A DNA stretch of 64,000 nucleotides from Gammaproteobacteria bacterium (GTDB lineage Bacteria > Pseudomonadota > Gammaproteobacteria > WOZS01): contig WOZS01000058.1 in NCBI GenBank assembly GCA_011620135.1, positions 31,534 to 95,533 on the forward strand, written 5' to 3'. Position numbers and translations under genes: made by a program. Each line of letters begins with the position of its first letter. The first letter of the stretch is position 1. Positions 1 through 8,909 of this stretch are shown one piece after another. Under the pieces are notes generated by a model that saw only the letters and a list, made by a program, of their open reading frames with translations, searched no databases and had not been told where the DNA came from.

Positions 1-582
1 ATTGGTGAGCTGGTCGCGATGGTATTCGCCGGTGGGTGCTGTGAACTGCAGGTCGACGCGCTGGAAGAATGGTATCTTGCCAAAGAGCTTGGCGTCATTC
101 CATTGCAGCAGCAGGGGGCTGAACCAGAGGTCGGTGAGGCCCTTGCCTTCCTCGTGCAGGTTCACGGGCCCGGCCTTGGTGCGCATGTCCACATCCACAT
201 AGATCATCTTGACCCAGGCGCCATAGTCGGCACCCAGCAGTCTCCAACCGGGAAAGGCGTGGAAATGGAGCACGGAGAACCAGTAGTCCACGCTGTTGCG
301 TCCCGGCAGCTTGTGGCCGTCGCCGTCATTGATGCGATGAGAGCTATAGTAGCCCATGAAGTTTTCCACGCCATACAAAGGGGCATTGAAGGGACGGATG
401 TCCATGAAGGTGTTGTAACCCAGTGGCACGGTGGGCAGGCGGATGGGCGGGATGGGCATGTGGCCGCCGGGGGCCATGGTGGGCGGCGCTCCTGTGGGCT
501 GGGCCAGGGCCAGCCCGGGCAGGGCGGCCAGCAGGCAGCCGCCAATGACGCGCCAGCTACGGCTCATCTTTGTCAGCATCAT
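1..582 (-). CDS. secreted hypothetical protein (N-terminal signal peptide); 3' end truncated by the window edge
   Basis: Reverse complement of 571-594 reads AGGAGGaaccATGATG. The frame translates MMLTKMSRSWRVIGGCLLAALPGLALAQP... and stays open to position 1. The listed +ORF 19..594 is antisense to it. Hydrophobic N-terminus followed by AxA looks like a Sec signal. Confidence 0.5.
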   Translation of the reverse strand, partial: MMLTKMSRSWRVIGGCLLAALPGLALAQPTGAPPTMAPGGHMPIPPIRLPTVPLGYNTFMDIRPFNAPLYGVENFMGYYSSHRINDGDGHKLPGRNSVDYWFSVLHFHAFPGWRLLGADYGAWVKMIYVDVDMRTKAGPVNLHEEGKGLTDLWFSPLLLQWNDAKLFGKIPFFQRVDLQFTAPTGEYHRDQLTN

Positions 583-659
583 GGTTCCTCCTGAATTGCA
601 GGTACCGAAATACATAGCATACTATCAAGAGATCACGCGAGATGTCTCTATATATTCGC

Positions 660-1028
660 TTAATCTGGAAAGGGGGATGATGCCGCAGCGGGGGTATGAC
701 GGACAATGGAGATGCCGGCTGTGGCCCCATCGAGGATGGCCTTCTTGCAGATGGTGAGCCGCACCCAGGCAATCGGAAACCCGGCCAGCAGCTTTGCTGC
801 CAGGGTTTCGGCCAGGGTTTCCAGCAGCCGGCAGCGCGAGGTGGCACACCAGGCGCGCAGGCAATCCGCCACCGCCGCATAGTCTACGGTGTCTGCCAGG
901 CGATCGCTTTGTCCCGCCTTGCGCAGCGACAAACCCAGTTCCACATCGAGATGCAGCATCAGGGGCTGGGCGCGCTCGGCCGCGGACACACCGATGTGCG
1001 CCGCGGCGTGCAGACCACAGATGAGCAT
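660..1028 (-). CDS. folB: dihydroneopterin aldolase
   Basis: ORF 660..1055 has FolB-like sequence (MLICGLHAAAHIGVSAAERAQPLMLHLDVELG...DTVDYAAVADCL). ATG at 1028 chosen as start; an alternative TTG at 1055 overlaps the tsaD stop. Confidence 0.8.
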   Translation of the reverse strand: MLICGLHAAAHIGVSAAERAQPLMLHLDVELGLSLRKAGQSDRLADTVDYAAVADCLRAWCATSRCRLLETLAETLAAKLLAGFPIAWVRLTICKKAILDGATAGISIVRHTPAAASSPFPD

Positions 1029-1051
1029 GCGATCCGTGGCTGGGGGGTTGT

Positions 1052-2104
1052 TCAAGAAGCCTCGGCTATGGCCATGGCCGAGGCGTGCGGCGCCAGGGCG
1101 GTCAATGCCCAGCGCGCCTGCACGGGATGTGCCACCACCAGGTCATGGCGCAGACGCAGGGCGCCGGCCATCGCCACCATGGCGCCGTTGTCGGTGCAAT
1201 GGCGTGCTGGGGGGATGGTGAGCTGTGCCCCATGGCGCTGGCATGCCGCCTTGAGCGCGGCGCGCAGGAAGGCATTGGCCAGCACGCCTCCGCAACCGAT
1301 CACCTGACGTGGTGCCCCGGGCAGCAACAAGGCGCGTTCCAGGCGACCGGCAAGACTCTGGGTGATGGCATACTGCAGCGCACAGGCCAGGTCGGCCCGG
1401 GCCTGGTGATCATGCTCGAACAGCTCGGCATGGCTTCGAAAAAGCTGGATGAAGGCGGTCTTGAGGCCGCTGAAGCTCATGTCAAGACCAGGGTCATGCG
1501 CCATGGGTTGGGGCAGGGTGAAGCGCCCCGGGCAGCCTGCCTCGGCCAGGCTGGCCAGTGCCGGGCCGCCTGGATAGGGCAGCCCCATGACCTTGGCGCA
1601 TTTGTCGAAGGCCTCACCGGCGGCATCATCCTGGGTCTGCCCCAGGATGCGGTAGCTGCCGAAACGCTCCACGTGGACAAACATGCTGTGCCCACCAGAG
1701 ACCAGCAGCACCAGCCAGGGGTAGGGTGGCGCTGCGCCCTGGAGATGGGCAGCTGTGATGTGGGCTTCCAGATGGTGGACGGCCACAGCCGGCACATCCC
1801 AGCCCCGGGCAAGCCCCCGGGCCACATTGGCCCCCACCAGCAAGGCGCCCATCAGTCCAGGACCAGCCGTATAGGCCACGGCATCGGGACGGCCTTGGCC
1901 TGCAAGGCAGGCGCGGACCAGGCGGCTCAAGTGGCGGATGTGATCCCGGGAGGCGAGCTCGGGGACTACGCCACCATAGCGCCGGTGGATCTCCTGGCTG
2001 CGCAGTTCCTCTGCCAGCAGGCCACGGTGCTCATCGTAGAGGGCGACACCCGTCTCATCACATGAGGTCTCGATGCCCAGGATGCGCAATGTTTTTCCAT
2101 CCAA
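1052..2104 (-). CDS. tsaD: tRNA N6-adenosine threonylcarbamoyltransferase TsaD
   Basis: RILGIETSCDETGVALYD...HHLEAHI... are Kae1/TsaD family motifs. The first codon is TTG; an internal TTG at 2089 giving MRILGIETSCDE is a plausible true start. Confidence 0.9.
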   Translation of the reverse strand: MDGKTLRILGIETSCDETGVALYDEHRGLLAEELRSQEIHRRYGGVVPELASRDHIRHLSRLVRACLAGQGRPDAVAYTAGPGLMGALLVGANVARGLARGWDVPAVAVHHLEAHITAAHLQGAAPPYPWLVLLVSGGHSMFVHVERFGSYRILGQTQDDAAGEAFDKCAKVMGLPYPGGPALASLAEAGCPGRFTLPQPMAHDPGLDMSFSGLKTAFIQLFRSHAELFEHDHQARADLACALQYAITQSLAGRLERALLLPGAPRQVIGCGGVLANAFLRAALKAACQRHGAQLTIPPARHCTDNGAMVAMAGALRLRHDLVVAHPVQARWALTALAPHASAMAIAEAS

Positions 2105-2171
2105 AAAATTTCATAGTACCATGCTTGCAAGGCAGTCAGCAGCTGGGTGCCGGGGCAGTCGAGAGGTGTCC

Positions 2172-3119
2172 ATGTCGGTGTTTACGGCAGTCGATGAAGC
2201 GGCGTTGCAGGTGTTTTTGCTGGATTACCCGCAGCTTGGTGTCAGGCACACCCTGCAGCCCATCACCTCGGGCATCGAGAACAGCAACTTCTTCCTGGAT
2301 GTGGATGCTGGTTCATTGGTGCTCACGTTGTTCGAGACGGTTGGTGTTACCGACCTGCCCTATTTTCTGGGGCTGATGGCCTTCCTGGCTGCCCGTGGTC
2401 TGCCGGTGCCCCAGCCTGTGGTGAACCGGCATGGCACCGCCTGCGGCATGCTGTGCGGCCGCCCCGCCACCCTGGTGAGCAGGCTGCCGGGGACGAGCCT
2501 GGAGCAGCCCGATGCGTCCGCCTGCCACATGGTGGGCGCCTTTCTGGGGCAGATGCATCTGCTGGCCAGGGACTTTCCCATGCAGCGGCGCAATGCCCGG
2601 AACCTGGCGTGGTGCCAACAGGCCGCCCAGCGCCTGTTGGCGCATCTGTCCCCGGAAGAACGCAGCCTGGCGCTCGATGAGTTGCAATTTCAGACCAGCG
2701 TGGCTACCACGACCCTGCCCCATGGCCCCATCCATGGTGATCTGTTCTGCGACAATGTGCTGTTCGATGATGGCCGTATCGGAGGCGTGATCGATTTCTA
2801 CTACGCCTGCAACGAGGCATGGCTCTATGACCTGGCGGTCATGGTCAATGACTGGTGCCGTAAGCCAGGGGGCGCTCTGGATGGCGACCTGGTGCAAGCG
2901 GTAGTGCAGGGCTATGGTTCCTTGCGTCCGCTGTCCGCTGCCGAGCGGCGGTGCTGGAGCGCGATGCTGCGCCGGGCTGCATTGCGCTTCTGGCTATCGC
3001 GTGCTGTTGACTGGCATTTTCCGCGGCCTGGTCCCATGACTCACCAGAAGGACCCGACCCCCATGCGCGCTCTTTTGGAGCAGCACCGCGCCGTCGTGGC
3101 GGAACTGCCCTGGGAGTAA
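2172..3119 (+). CDS. thrB: homoserine kinase (ThrB type II, APH-family)
   Basis: MSVFTAVDEAALQVFLLDY...ENSNFF...HGDLFCDNVLF matches the Pseudomonas-type ThrB N-terminus and kinase motifs. A GAGAGG RBS precedes ATG 2172. The longer ORF from 2073 would overlap divergent tsaD. Confidence 0.85.
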   Translation: MSVFTAVDEAALQVFLLDYPQLGVRHTLQPITSGIENSNFFLDVDAGSLVLTLFETVGVTDLPYFLGLMAFLAARGLPVPQPVVNRHGTACGMLCGRPATLVSRLPGTSLEQPDASACHMVGAFLGQMHLLARDFPMQRRNARNLAWCQQAAQRLLAHLSPEERSLALDELQFQTSVATTTLPHGPIHGDLFCDNVLFDDGRIGGVIDFYYACNEAWLYDLAVMVNDWCRKPGGALDGDLVQAVVQGYGSLRPLSAAERRCWSAMLRRAALRFWLSRAVDWHFPRPGPMTHQKDPTPMRALLEQHRAVVAELPWE

Positions 3120-3258
3120 TTGGCTGGGAAGCATGTGCCCAGGTCCGGGAAACCAGATCCAGGAACTGATCGAGATCCCTAAAACCGAGATCCCAATGAT
3201 TGTGCCAGCCGGGGAACCAGCTTGTTGTCGCCGGATCTGCCGTGTCCGGCCTTGAGGG

Positions 3259-4731
3259 CTAGTCCAGATCCAGGCGGTAGTTGGGGGCTTCCTTGATGAG
3301 GTGGACGTCGTGGACGTGGCTTTCCCGTACGCCAGCCTGGGTCAGTCGCAGGAAACGCACCCTGGTGCGCATCTCGGCGATGGTGGCGCAACCGGTGTAG
3401 CCCATGGCGGCCCGCAGCCCTCCCAGCAGCTGGCGGATGATCACCGAGACGCTGCCCCGATAAGGGACGCGGCCCTCGACCCCTTCGGGAACCAGTTTTC
3501 CTGTCTCGACACCCTCCTGGCCATAACGGTCCCTGGCACCCTCGGCCATGGCGCCCAGAGAACCCATGCCGCGATAGGTCTTGTAGGCGCGACCCTGGTA
3601 CAGCTCCACCTCGCCGGGAGCCTCGTCGGTGCCGGCAAACAGCCCGCCGATCATCACCGCACTGGCCCCGGCGGCAATGGCCTTGGCTATGTCGCCGGAA
3701 TAACGGATGCCGCCATCGGCGATCACGGGAATGTCCGTGCCTCGCAGGGCCTGGCTGGCCTGCCAGATGGCCGTGAGCTGCGGGGCGCCTACGCCAGCCA
3801 CCATGCGGGTGGTGCAGATGGAGCCCGGCCCCACACCCACCTTGACCGCATTGGCGCCGGCCCGCGCCAGGGCCGTGGCTCCCTCGCCGGTGGCCACGTT
3901 GCCGGCCACCACCAGGAGTTCAGGCCATTCTCGCTTGACGGTGCGCACCATCTCCAGCACCCGGGAGGAATGACCATGGGCGGTGTCGATGGCGATGCAA
4001 TCCACGCCAGCCTCGGTGAGGGCGGCGACCCTGGCCATGGTATCGGCGCCAGTCCCCACCGCAGCGCCCACCCGCAGCCGGCCATCGGGGTCCTTGCAGG
4101 CATTGGGAAAGTCCAGCGCCTTCTGGATGTCCTTGACGGTGATGAGGCCGCGCAGCGCGAAGTGGTCATCCACCACCAGGACCTTTTCGATGCGATGGCG
4201 ACGCAGCAGCTCGATGACTTCTGCAGTTGCAGTTCCTTCGCGCACGGTGACCAGGCGCTCTCGCGGCGTCATGATGGCGGAAACAGGCCGGTCCAGGGCT
4301 TCTTCGAAGCGCAGGTCGCGATGGGTGACGATGCCGCACAGCAATTCGCCATCCACCACGGGTACACCGGAGATGTTTTCCGAGCGGGTGATCTCCAGCA
4401 CGCGGCGGATGGTGGTCTGGGGGGTGACGGTAATTGGGTTGCGGATGACGCCGCTTTCGTATTTCTTGACAGCAGCCACCTGCCTGGCCTGGCGTTCCGG
4501 GGAGAGGTTGCGGTGGATGAAGCCGATGCCGCCATCCTGGGCCAGCGCGATGGCAAGCCTGCTTTCTGTGACCGTGTCCATGGCGGCACTGGCGATGGGG
4601 GCGTTCAGCACGATGCCCTGCACCAGCTGGGTTTCCAGGTTGACCTCGCTGGGCAGGCACTCCGAGAAGGCAGGTGCCAGCACCACATCATCAAAGGTGA
4701 GGGCTTCTGGGCCGTCAAATAGGTTCGACAT
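3259..4731 (-). CDS. guaB: IMP dehydrogenase
   Basis: [15 protein letters not shown]..., CBS pair, GSICTTR catalytic loop, full-length 490 aa. Confidence 0.95.
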   Translation of the reverse strand: MSNLFDGPEALTFDDVVLAPAFSECLPSEVNLETQLVQGIVLNAPIASAAMDTVTESRLAIALAQDGGIGFIHRNLSPERQARQVAAVKKYESGVIRNPITVTPQTTIRRVLEITRSENISGVPVVDGELLCGIVTHRDLRFEEALDRPVSAIMTPRERLVTVREGTATAEVIELLRRHRIEKVLVVDDHFALRGLITVKDIQKALDFPNACKDPDGRLRVGAAVGTGADTMARVAALTEAGVDCIAIDTAHGHSSRVLEMVRTVKREWPELLVVAGNVATGEGATALARAGANAVKVGVGPGSICTTRMVAGVGAPQLTAIWQASQALRGTDIPVIADGGIRYSGDIAKAIAAGASAVMIGGLFAGTDEAPGEVELYQGRAYKTYRGMGSLGAMAEGARDRYGQEGVETGKLVPEGVEGRVPYRGSVSVIIRQLLGGLRAAMGYTGCATIAEMRTRVRFLRLTQAGVRESHVHDVHLIKEAPNYRLDLD

Positions 4732-4846
4732 GCTTTATGCTAGCATATGTGAGCACAACCTGTGCTCGTACAACGCGATGCCAATGATGGGGGTAGGTAG
4801 TGTTGTTGCGCTGCTGATGTATAATGAAAACCTCTAGCAATACCAC

Positions 4847-4879
4847 AGAGGTATAGTCTCCAGTTCTGACCTCTTTTTG
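4847..4879 (+). promoter_or_regulatory. leader hairpin plus U5 (attenuator/terminator-like) in the glgX 5' leader, downstream of a TATAAT -10 element (4820-4825)
   Basis: AGAGGT(4847-52)-16 nt-ACCTCT(4869-74)-TTTTT(4875-79). An upstream ACCTCT copy (4830-35) could pair with the same AGAGGT instead. The leader is AT-rich, runs about 130 nt, and ends at the glgX TTG with an AGGAG RBS. Confidence 0.3.
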
Positions 4880-4962
4880 CTTCCTTCAAGCATCAACCTT
4901 AAATCCTGCCTTCTTTAACTGTTTGATGATTGATCATGGATCGTATGTAGGAGCTACCAATC

Positions 4963-7101
4963 TTGAATGCCAAGAAAAGCGCTGTTTGGATCGGAGCACC
5001 TTATCCACTGGGTGCCACATGGGATGGTCTGGGCGTGAACTTCGCGCTCTTTTCGGATCATGCCGAAAAAGTAGAGCTGTGTCTGTTCGATGAAAGCGGC
5101 GAGCACCAGGTGGAAAGCATCACGCTGCCGGAGTGTACCGACAGGATTTTTCATGGCTATCTGCCCGAGGCCCGCCCCGGGCTGCTGTATGGCTATCGGG
5201 TCTATGGGCCCTATGACCCGCTAGCCGGCCACCGCTTCAATCACCATAAGCTGCTGCTGGATCCCTATGCCCGGGTGATTACCGATCACTTCCAGTGGCG
5301 TGACGAACACTTTGGCTATACCGTGGGCCATGAGCAGGAGGATCTCTCCTTCGATGAGCGCGACAGTGCCCCGTTTGCCTTGCGCGCCAAGGTGATCGAC
5401 CCGGCCTTCACCTGGGGCGACGACCGCAGTCCACGCATTCCCTGGCACGACACGGTGATCTATGAATGTCATGTCAAGGGCCTCACCAAGCTGCACCCGC
5501 TGGTCCCTGAGGCACTGCGGGGGACGTATGCCGCACTCGCCACCAAGCCCGTCCTCGATCATTTGAGGCAGTTGGGGGTGACGGCCATCGAGCTCATGCC
5601 GGTGCATGCCTTCATGAGGGATCGCATGCTGGTGGACCGCGGCCTCACCAACTACTGGGGCTACAATTCGATCGGCTACTTTGCCGCGGAGAACCACTAT
5701 TCCTCAACCGGCTTGGTGGGCGAGTTCAAGACCATGGTGAAAGCCATCCATGCCGCAGGCATGGAGGTGATCCTGGATGTGGTCTATAACCATACCGCAG
5801 AAGGCAATCACATGGGGCCCACGCTGTCGTTCCGGGGCATCGATAACAAGGCGTATTACCGGCTGGTGGATGGCGACCAGAGGCACTACATGGACTATAC
5901 GGGTTGCGGGAATACCCTCAACATGATGCATCCCAGGGTGCTGCAGCTGATCATGGACAGCCTGCGCTACTGGGTGCTGGAGATGCATGTGGACGGCTTC
6001 CGCTTCGACCTGGCCTCGGCGTTGGCCCGGGAGCTGCACGAGGTGGACCGCCTTGGTGCCTTTTTCGACATCATCTGCCAGGACCCGGTGCTCTCCCAGG
6101 TGAAACTGATCGCCGAGCCCTGGGACATCGGCGAGGGTGGCTACCAGGTGGGCAATTTTCCCGTGGGCTGGGCGGAATGGAACGGCAAATTCCGTGACTC
6201 GGTGCGCGCCTACTGGAAGGGTGATGGTGGCCTGATCGGCGATCTGGCCTATCGGCTCACCGGATCCAGCGATCTCTATGGGGACGATGGCCGCAGTCCA
6301 TCGGCCAGCATCAATTTTGTTACTGCCCATGACGGTTTCACCATGATGGACCTGGTCTCCTACAATTCAAAGCACAACGAGGCCAACGGCGAGGAGAACC
6401 GCGACGGCGACAACAACAACATCAGTTGGAACTGCGGCGTCGAAGGGCCCACGGACGATCCGACCATCCAGGCGTTGCGCCACCGCCAGGTGCGCAACCT
6501 CCTCGCGACCCTGTTTCTCTCCCAGGGCGTGCCCATGCTGCTCATGGGTGATGAGATGGGCCGGTCCCAGCAGGGCAACAACAACGCCTATTGCCAGGAC
6601 AACGAGCTCAGCTGGCTCGATTGGTCCCTGGTGGAACAAAACGCCGCTCTCCTGGCCTTTACCCAGCGCGCCATTGCGCTGCGCCAGCGCCATCCCGTTT
6701 TGCACCGGCGCCATTTCTTCCATGGTCGCAACATCAAGGGCCATGACATCAAGGACATCATGTGGCTCAATCCCAACGGTCACGAGCTCACCGATGAGGA
6801 ATGGGGGCATGACTTTGCCCGTTCGCTGGGCGTGTTCCTCGGTGGACATGGCTTGGATGAGCGGGATTATCAGGGCCGCCCCCTGGAAGACGACAACATG
6901 CTGCTGTTGCTCAATGCCCATGCCGACCAGGTGAGTTTCATGCTGCCCAAGCTCGCCCGCAACGGTCGTTGGACACCCCTGCTGAGCACAGCTGACACCC
7001 AGTTCAAGGCAAGCTATAGCCATGGTGTCAAGCTGGCCGTGCCAGGCCGCACCTTGATCCTGCTGGGGGACGGCCAGTATGACCATGAGAAATCCGCCTG
7101 A
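4963..7101 (+). CDS. glgX: glycogen debranching enzyme GlgX/TreX
   Basis: TTG start with AGGAG RBS. N-terminus [17 protein letters not shown] and GH13 catalytic motifs ([12 protein letters not shown]) match GlgX. Confidence 0.9.
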   Translation: MNAKKSAVWIGAPYPLGATWDGLGVNFALFSDHAEKVELCLFDESGEHQVESITLPECTDRIFHGYLPEARPGLLYGYRVYGPYDPLAGHRFNHHKLLLDPYARVITDHFQWRDEHFGYTVGHEQEDLSFDERDSAPFALRAKVIDPAFTWGDDRSPRIPWHDTVIYECHVKGLTKLHPLVPEALRGTYAALATKPVLDHLRQLGVTAIELMPVHAFMRDRMLVDRGLTNYWGYNSIGYFAAENHYSSTGLVGEFKTMVKAIHAAGMEVILDVVYNHTAEGNHMGPTLSFRGIDNKAYYRLVDGDQRHYMDYTGCGNTLNMMHPRVLQLIMDSLRYWVLEMHVDGFRFDLASALARELHEVDRLGAFFDIICQDPVLSQVKLIAEPWDIGEGGYQVGNFPVGWAEWNGKFRDSVRAYWKGDGGLIGDLAYRLTGSSDLYGDDGRSPSASINFVTAHDGFTMMDLVSYNSKHNEANGEENRDGDNNNISWNCGVEGPTDDPTIQALRHRQVRNLLATLFLSQGVPMLLMGDEMGRSQQGNNNAYCQDNELSWLDWSLVEQNAALLAFTQRAIALRQRHPVLHRRHFFHGRNIKGHDIKDIMWLNPNGHELTDEEWGHDFARSLGVFLGGHGLDERDYQGRPLEDDNMLLLLNAHADQVSFMLPKLARNGRWTPLLSTADTQFKASYSHGVKLAVPGRTLILLGDGQYDHEKSA

Positions 7102-8909
7102 TGGAGACTCTGTTCGGGCCGCGCCTCGAGCCCGGGGGTGTCACATTCCGGCTTTGGGCGCCAGCCATCCAAGAAGGCCAGTTGGCCGTGTACCTGGAGC
7201 AGGATGGTACCAGGCTGCCCATGGTGGGCTGTGGTGAGGGTTGGTTCGAGGCACATTGTGACCAGGCCGCCCCGGGTATGCTGTACCGCTTCGATGTGGC
7301 CGGCGAACGCCTGCCAGATCCCGCCTCACGCTTCCAACCCAAGGGCGTCCATGGTCCCAGCGAGGTCATCGACCACAGCACATGGCGCTGGCACGACCAG
7401 CACTGGACGGGCCGACCCTGGACGGAGACAGTGCTCTGCGAGCTGCATGTGGGTACCTTCACCGCGGCTGGCACCTTCGCAGGCGTCATCGAGCGGTTGG
7501 ATTATCTGGCTTCCATGGGTATCACGGCCATCGAGCTCATGCCCATCGCCGCCTTTTCCGGCAAGCGCAACTGGGGATACGATGGCGTGCTGCCCTATGC
7601 GCCCTCGGAAAATTATGGGCGCCCCGAAGACCTGCAGCACTTGGTGGATCAAGCCCATCTTCGCGGGTTGATGGTCTTTCTGGATGTGGTGTACAACCAT
7701 TTCGGGCCCGATGGCAACTACCTGCACCGCTATGCGCCGCAATTGTTTACCAAGGCTTACCAGACGCCCTGGGGAGAGGCGGTGGCCTTCGAAAACGAGC
7801 AGGCCGCGCGGCGCTTTGTCATCGAAAATGCCCTGTACTGGCTGGAGCACTTCCATATCGACGGGCTGCGCCTCGATGCCGTCCATGCCATCTTTGACAG
7901 CTCGCCGGTCCATGTGCTCGACGAACTGGCAGAAGCCGTGGCCGCAGGGCCGGGCCGGACCCGGCAGATCCATCTTGTCCTGGAAAACGAGAAAAACCAG
8001 GCCCATTACCTCGGTCGTGCCCAGGGTGGCTACCGTGCCCAATGGAATGATGATGTGCATCATGCCGTGCGGGTGATCGCCACGGGTGAAAAGGAAGGAT
8101 ACTACCAAGACTATCAGGACGACCCGATCAGCCTGCTTGGCAAGGGTATTGCCGAAGGCTTCATTTATCAGGGGCAGGTCTCGCCGCACAGCGGCAAGCC
8201 GCGGGGCACGCCCAGTGCCCAGTTGCCGCCGTGGTGCTTCGTCAACTTCATCCAGAACCACGACCAGGTGGGCAACCGGGCGTTGGGCGAGCGCTTTACC
8301 ACGCTGGCGCCACGCCCGCGCCTGGAGGTGCTGCTGGGCGTGGTGCTGCTGGCTCCTGGCATTCCCATGCTGTTCATGGGTGAGGAATATGGCGAACAGG
8401 CGCCCTTCCTGTTCTTCTGTGATTTTCATGGCGCTCTTGCCGATGCGGTGCGCGAAGGCCGCCGCCGGGAGTTTGCCCATTTCTCTGCCTTTGCCGACGA
8501 GGCCTCCCGCGCTCGCATCCCGGATCCCAATGCCGCGGCCACATTCAAGCACAGCAGGCTCACCTGGCCTGCTGTGGCCGAGGGCGACACCGCCTGGTTC
8601 ATGGCGCGCTATGCCCATTTCCTGGGCCTGCGCCGGCGCTTCGTGGTGCCATGGCTCGAGGGCGCGACTCGGGGTGGCTGGATGCTGCGTGGCCCAGGAG
8701 GTGGCTTGGTGGTGCACTGGCCAATGGGGGCAGGCATGCTTTATGGTGTGACAGCCAATCTTGCAGAAAAGCCCTTGGCCATGCTGCGCCCCAAGGGGGT
8801 GTGTGTGGGCACCGTGGGTGACGTGCAAGGGATGGTGCAAGGTGCGGTGCCGGAGCTGGTGCTGGGATCATGGAGTGCTGCCTGGTGGCAGGATGGCTGC
8901 CATGGATAA
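7101..8909 (+). CDS. treZ: malto-oligosyltrehalose trehalohydrolase
   Basis: GH13 TreZ-like (FRLWAP..., DVVYNHFGP, GLRLDAV). TGATG overlap with the glgX stop. Confidence 0.85.
   Translation: METLFGPRLEPGGVTFRLWAPAIQEGQLAVYLEQDGTRLPMVGCGEGWFEAHCDQAAPGMLYRFDVAGERLPDPASRFQPKGVHGPSEVIDHSTWRWHDQHWTGRPWTETVLCELHVGTFTAAGTFAGVIERLDYLASMGITAIELMPIAAFSGKRNWGYDGVLPYAPSENYGRPEDLQHLVDQAHLRGLMVFLDVVYNHFGPDGNYLHRYAPQLFTKAYQTPWGEAVAFENEQAARRFVIENALYWLEHFHIDGLRLDAVHAIFDSSPVHVLDELAEAVAAGPGRTRQIHLVLENEKNQAHYLGRAQGGYRAQWNDDVHHAVRVIATGEKEGYYQDYQDDPISLLGKGIAEGFIYQGQVSPHSGKPRGTPSAQLPPWCFVNFIQNHDQVGNRALGERFTTLAPRPRLEVLLGVVLLAPGIPMLFMGEEYGEQAPFLFFCDFHGALADAVREGRRREFAHFSAFADEASRARIPDPNAAATFKHSRLTWPAVAEGDTAWFMARYAHFLGLRRRFVVPWLEGATRGGWMLRGPGGGLVVHWPMGAGMLYGVTANLAEKPLAMLRPKGVCVGTVGDVQGMVQGAVPELVLGSWSAAWWQDGCHG

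Noticed and set aside
19-594. 191-aa plus-strand ORF at the window start
   Set aside because: Antisense to a minus-strand gene with RBS and signal peptide; no RBS of its own; low-complexity translation.
2073-2171. N-terminal extension of thrB (start at 2073)
   Set aside because: Would overlap the divergent tsaD start. A conserved ThrB N-terminus (MSVFT...) begins at 2172 with an RBS.
3301-4722. 473-aa plus-strand ORF
   Set aside because: Antisense shadow of guaB (high-GC genomes produce long spurious antisense ORFs).
7326-8840. 504-aa minus-strand ORF
   Set aside because: Lies entirely antisense within treZ, with Gly/Ala/His-rich nonsense translation.
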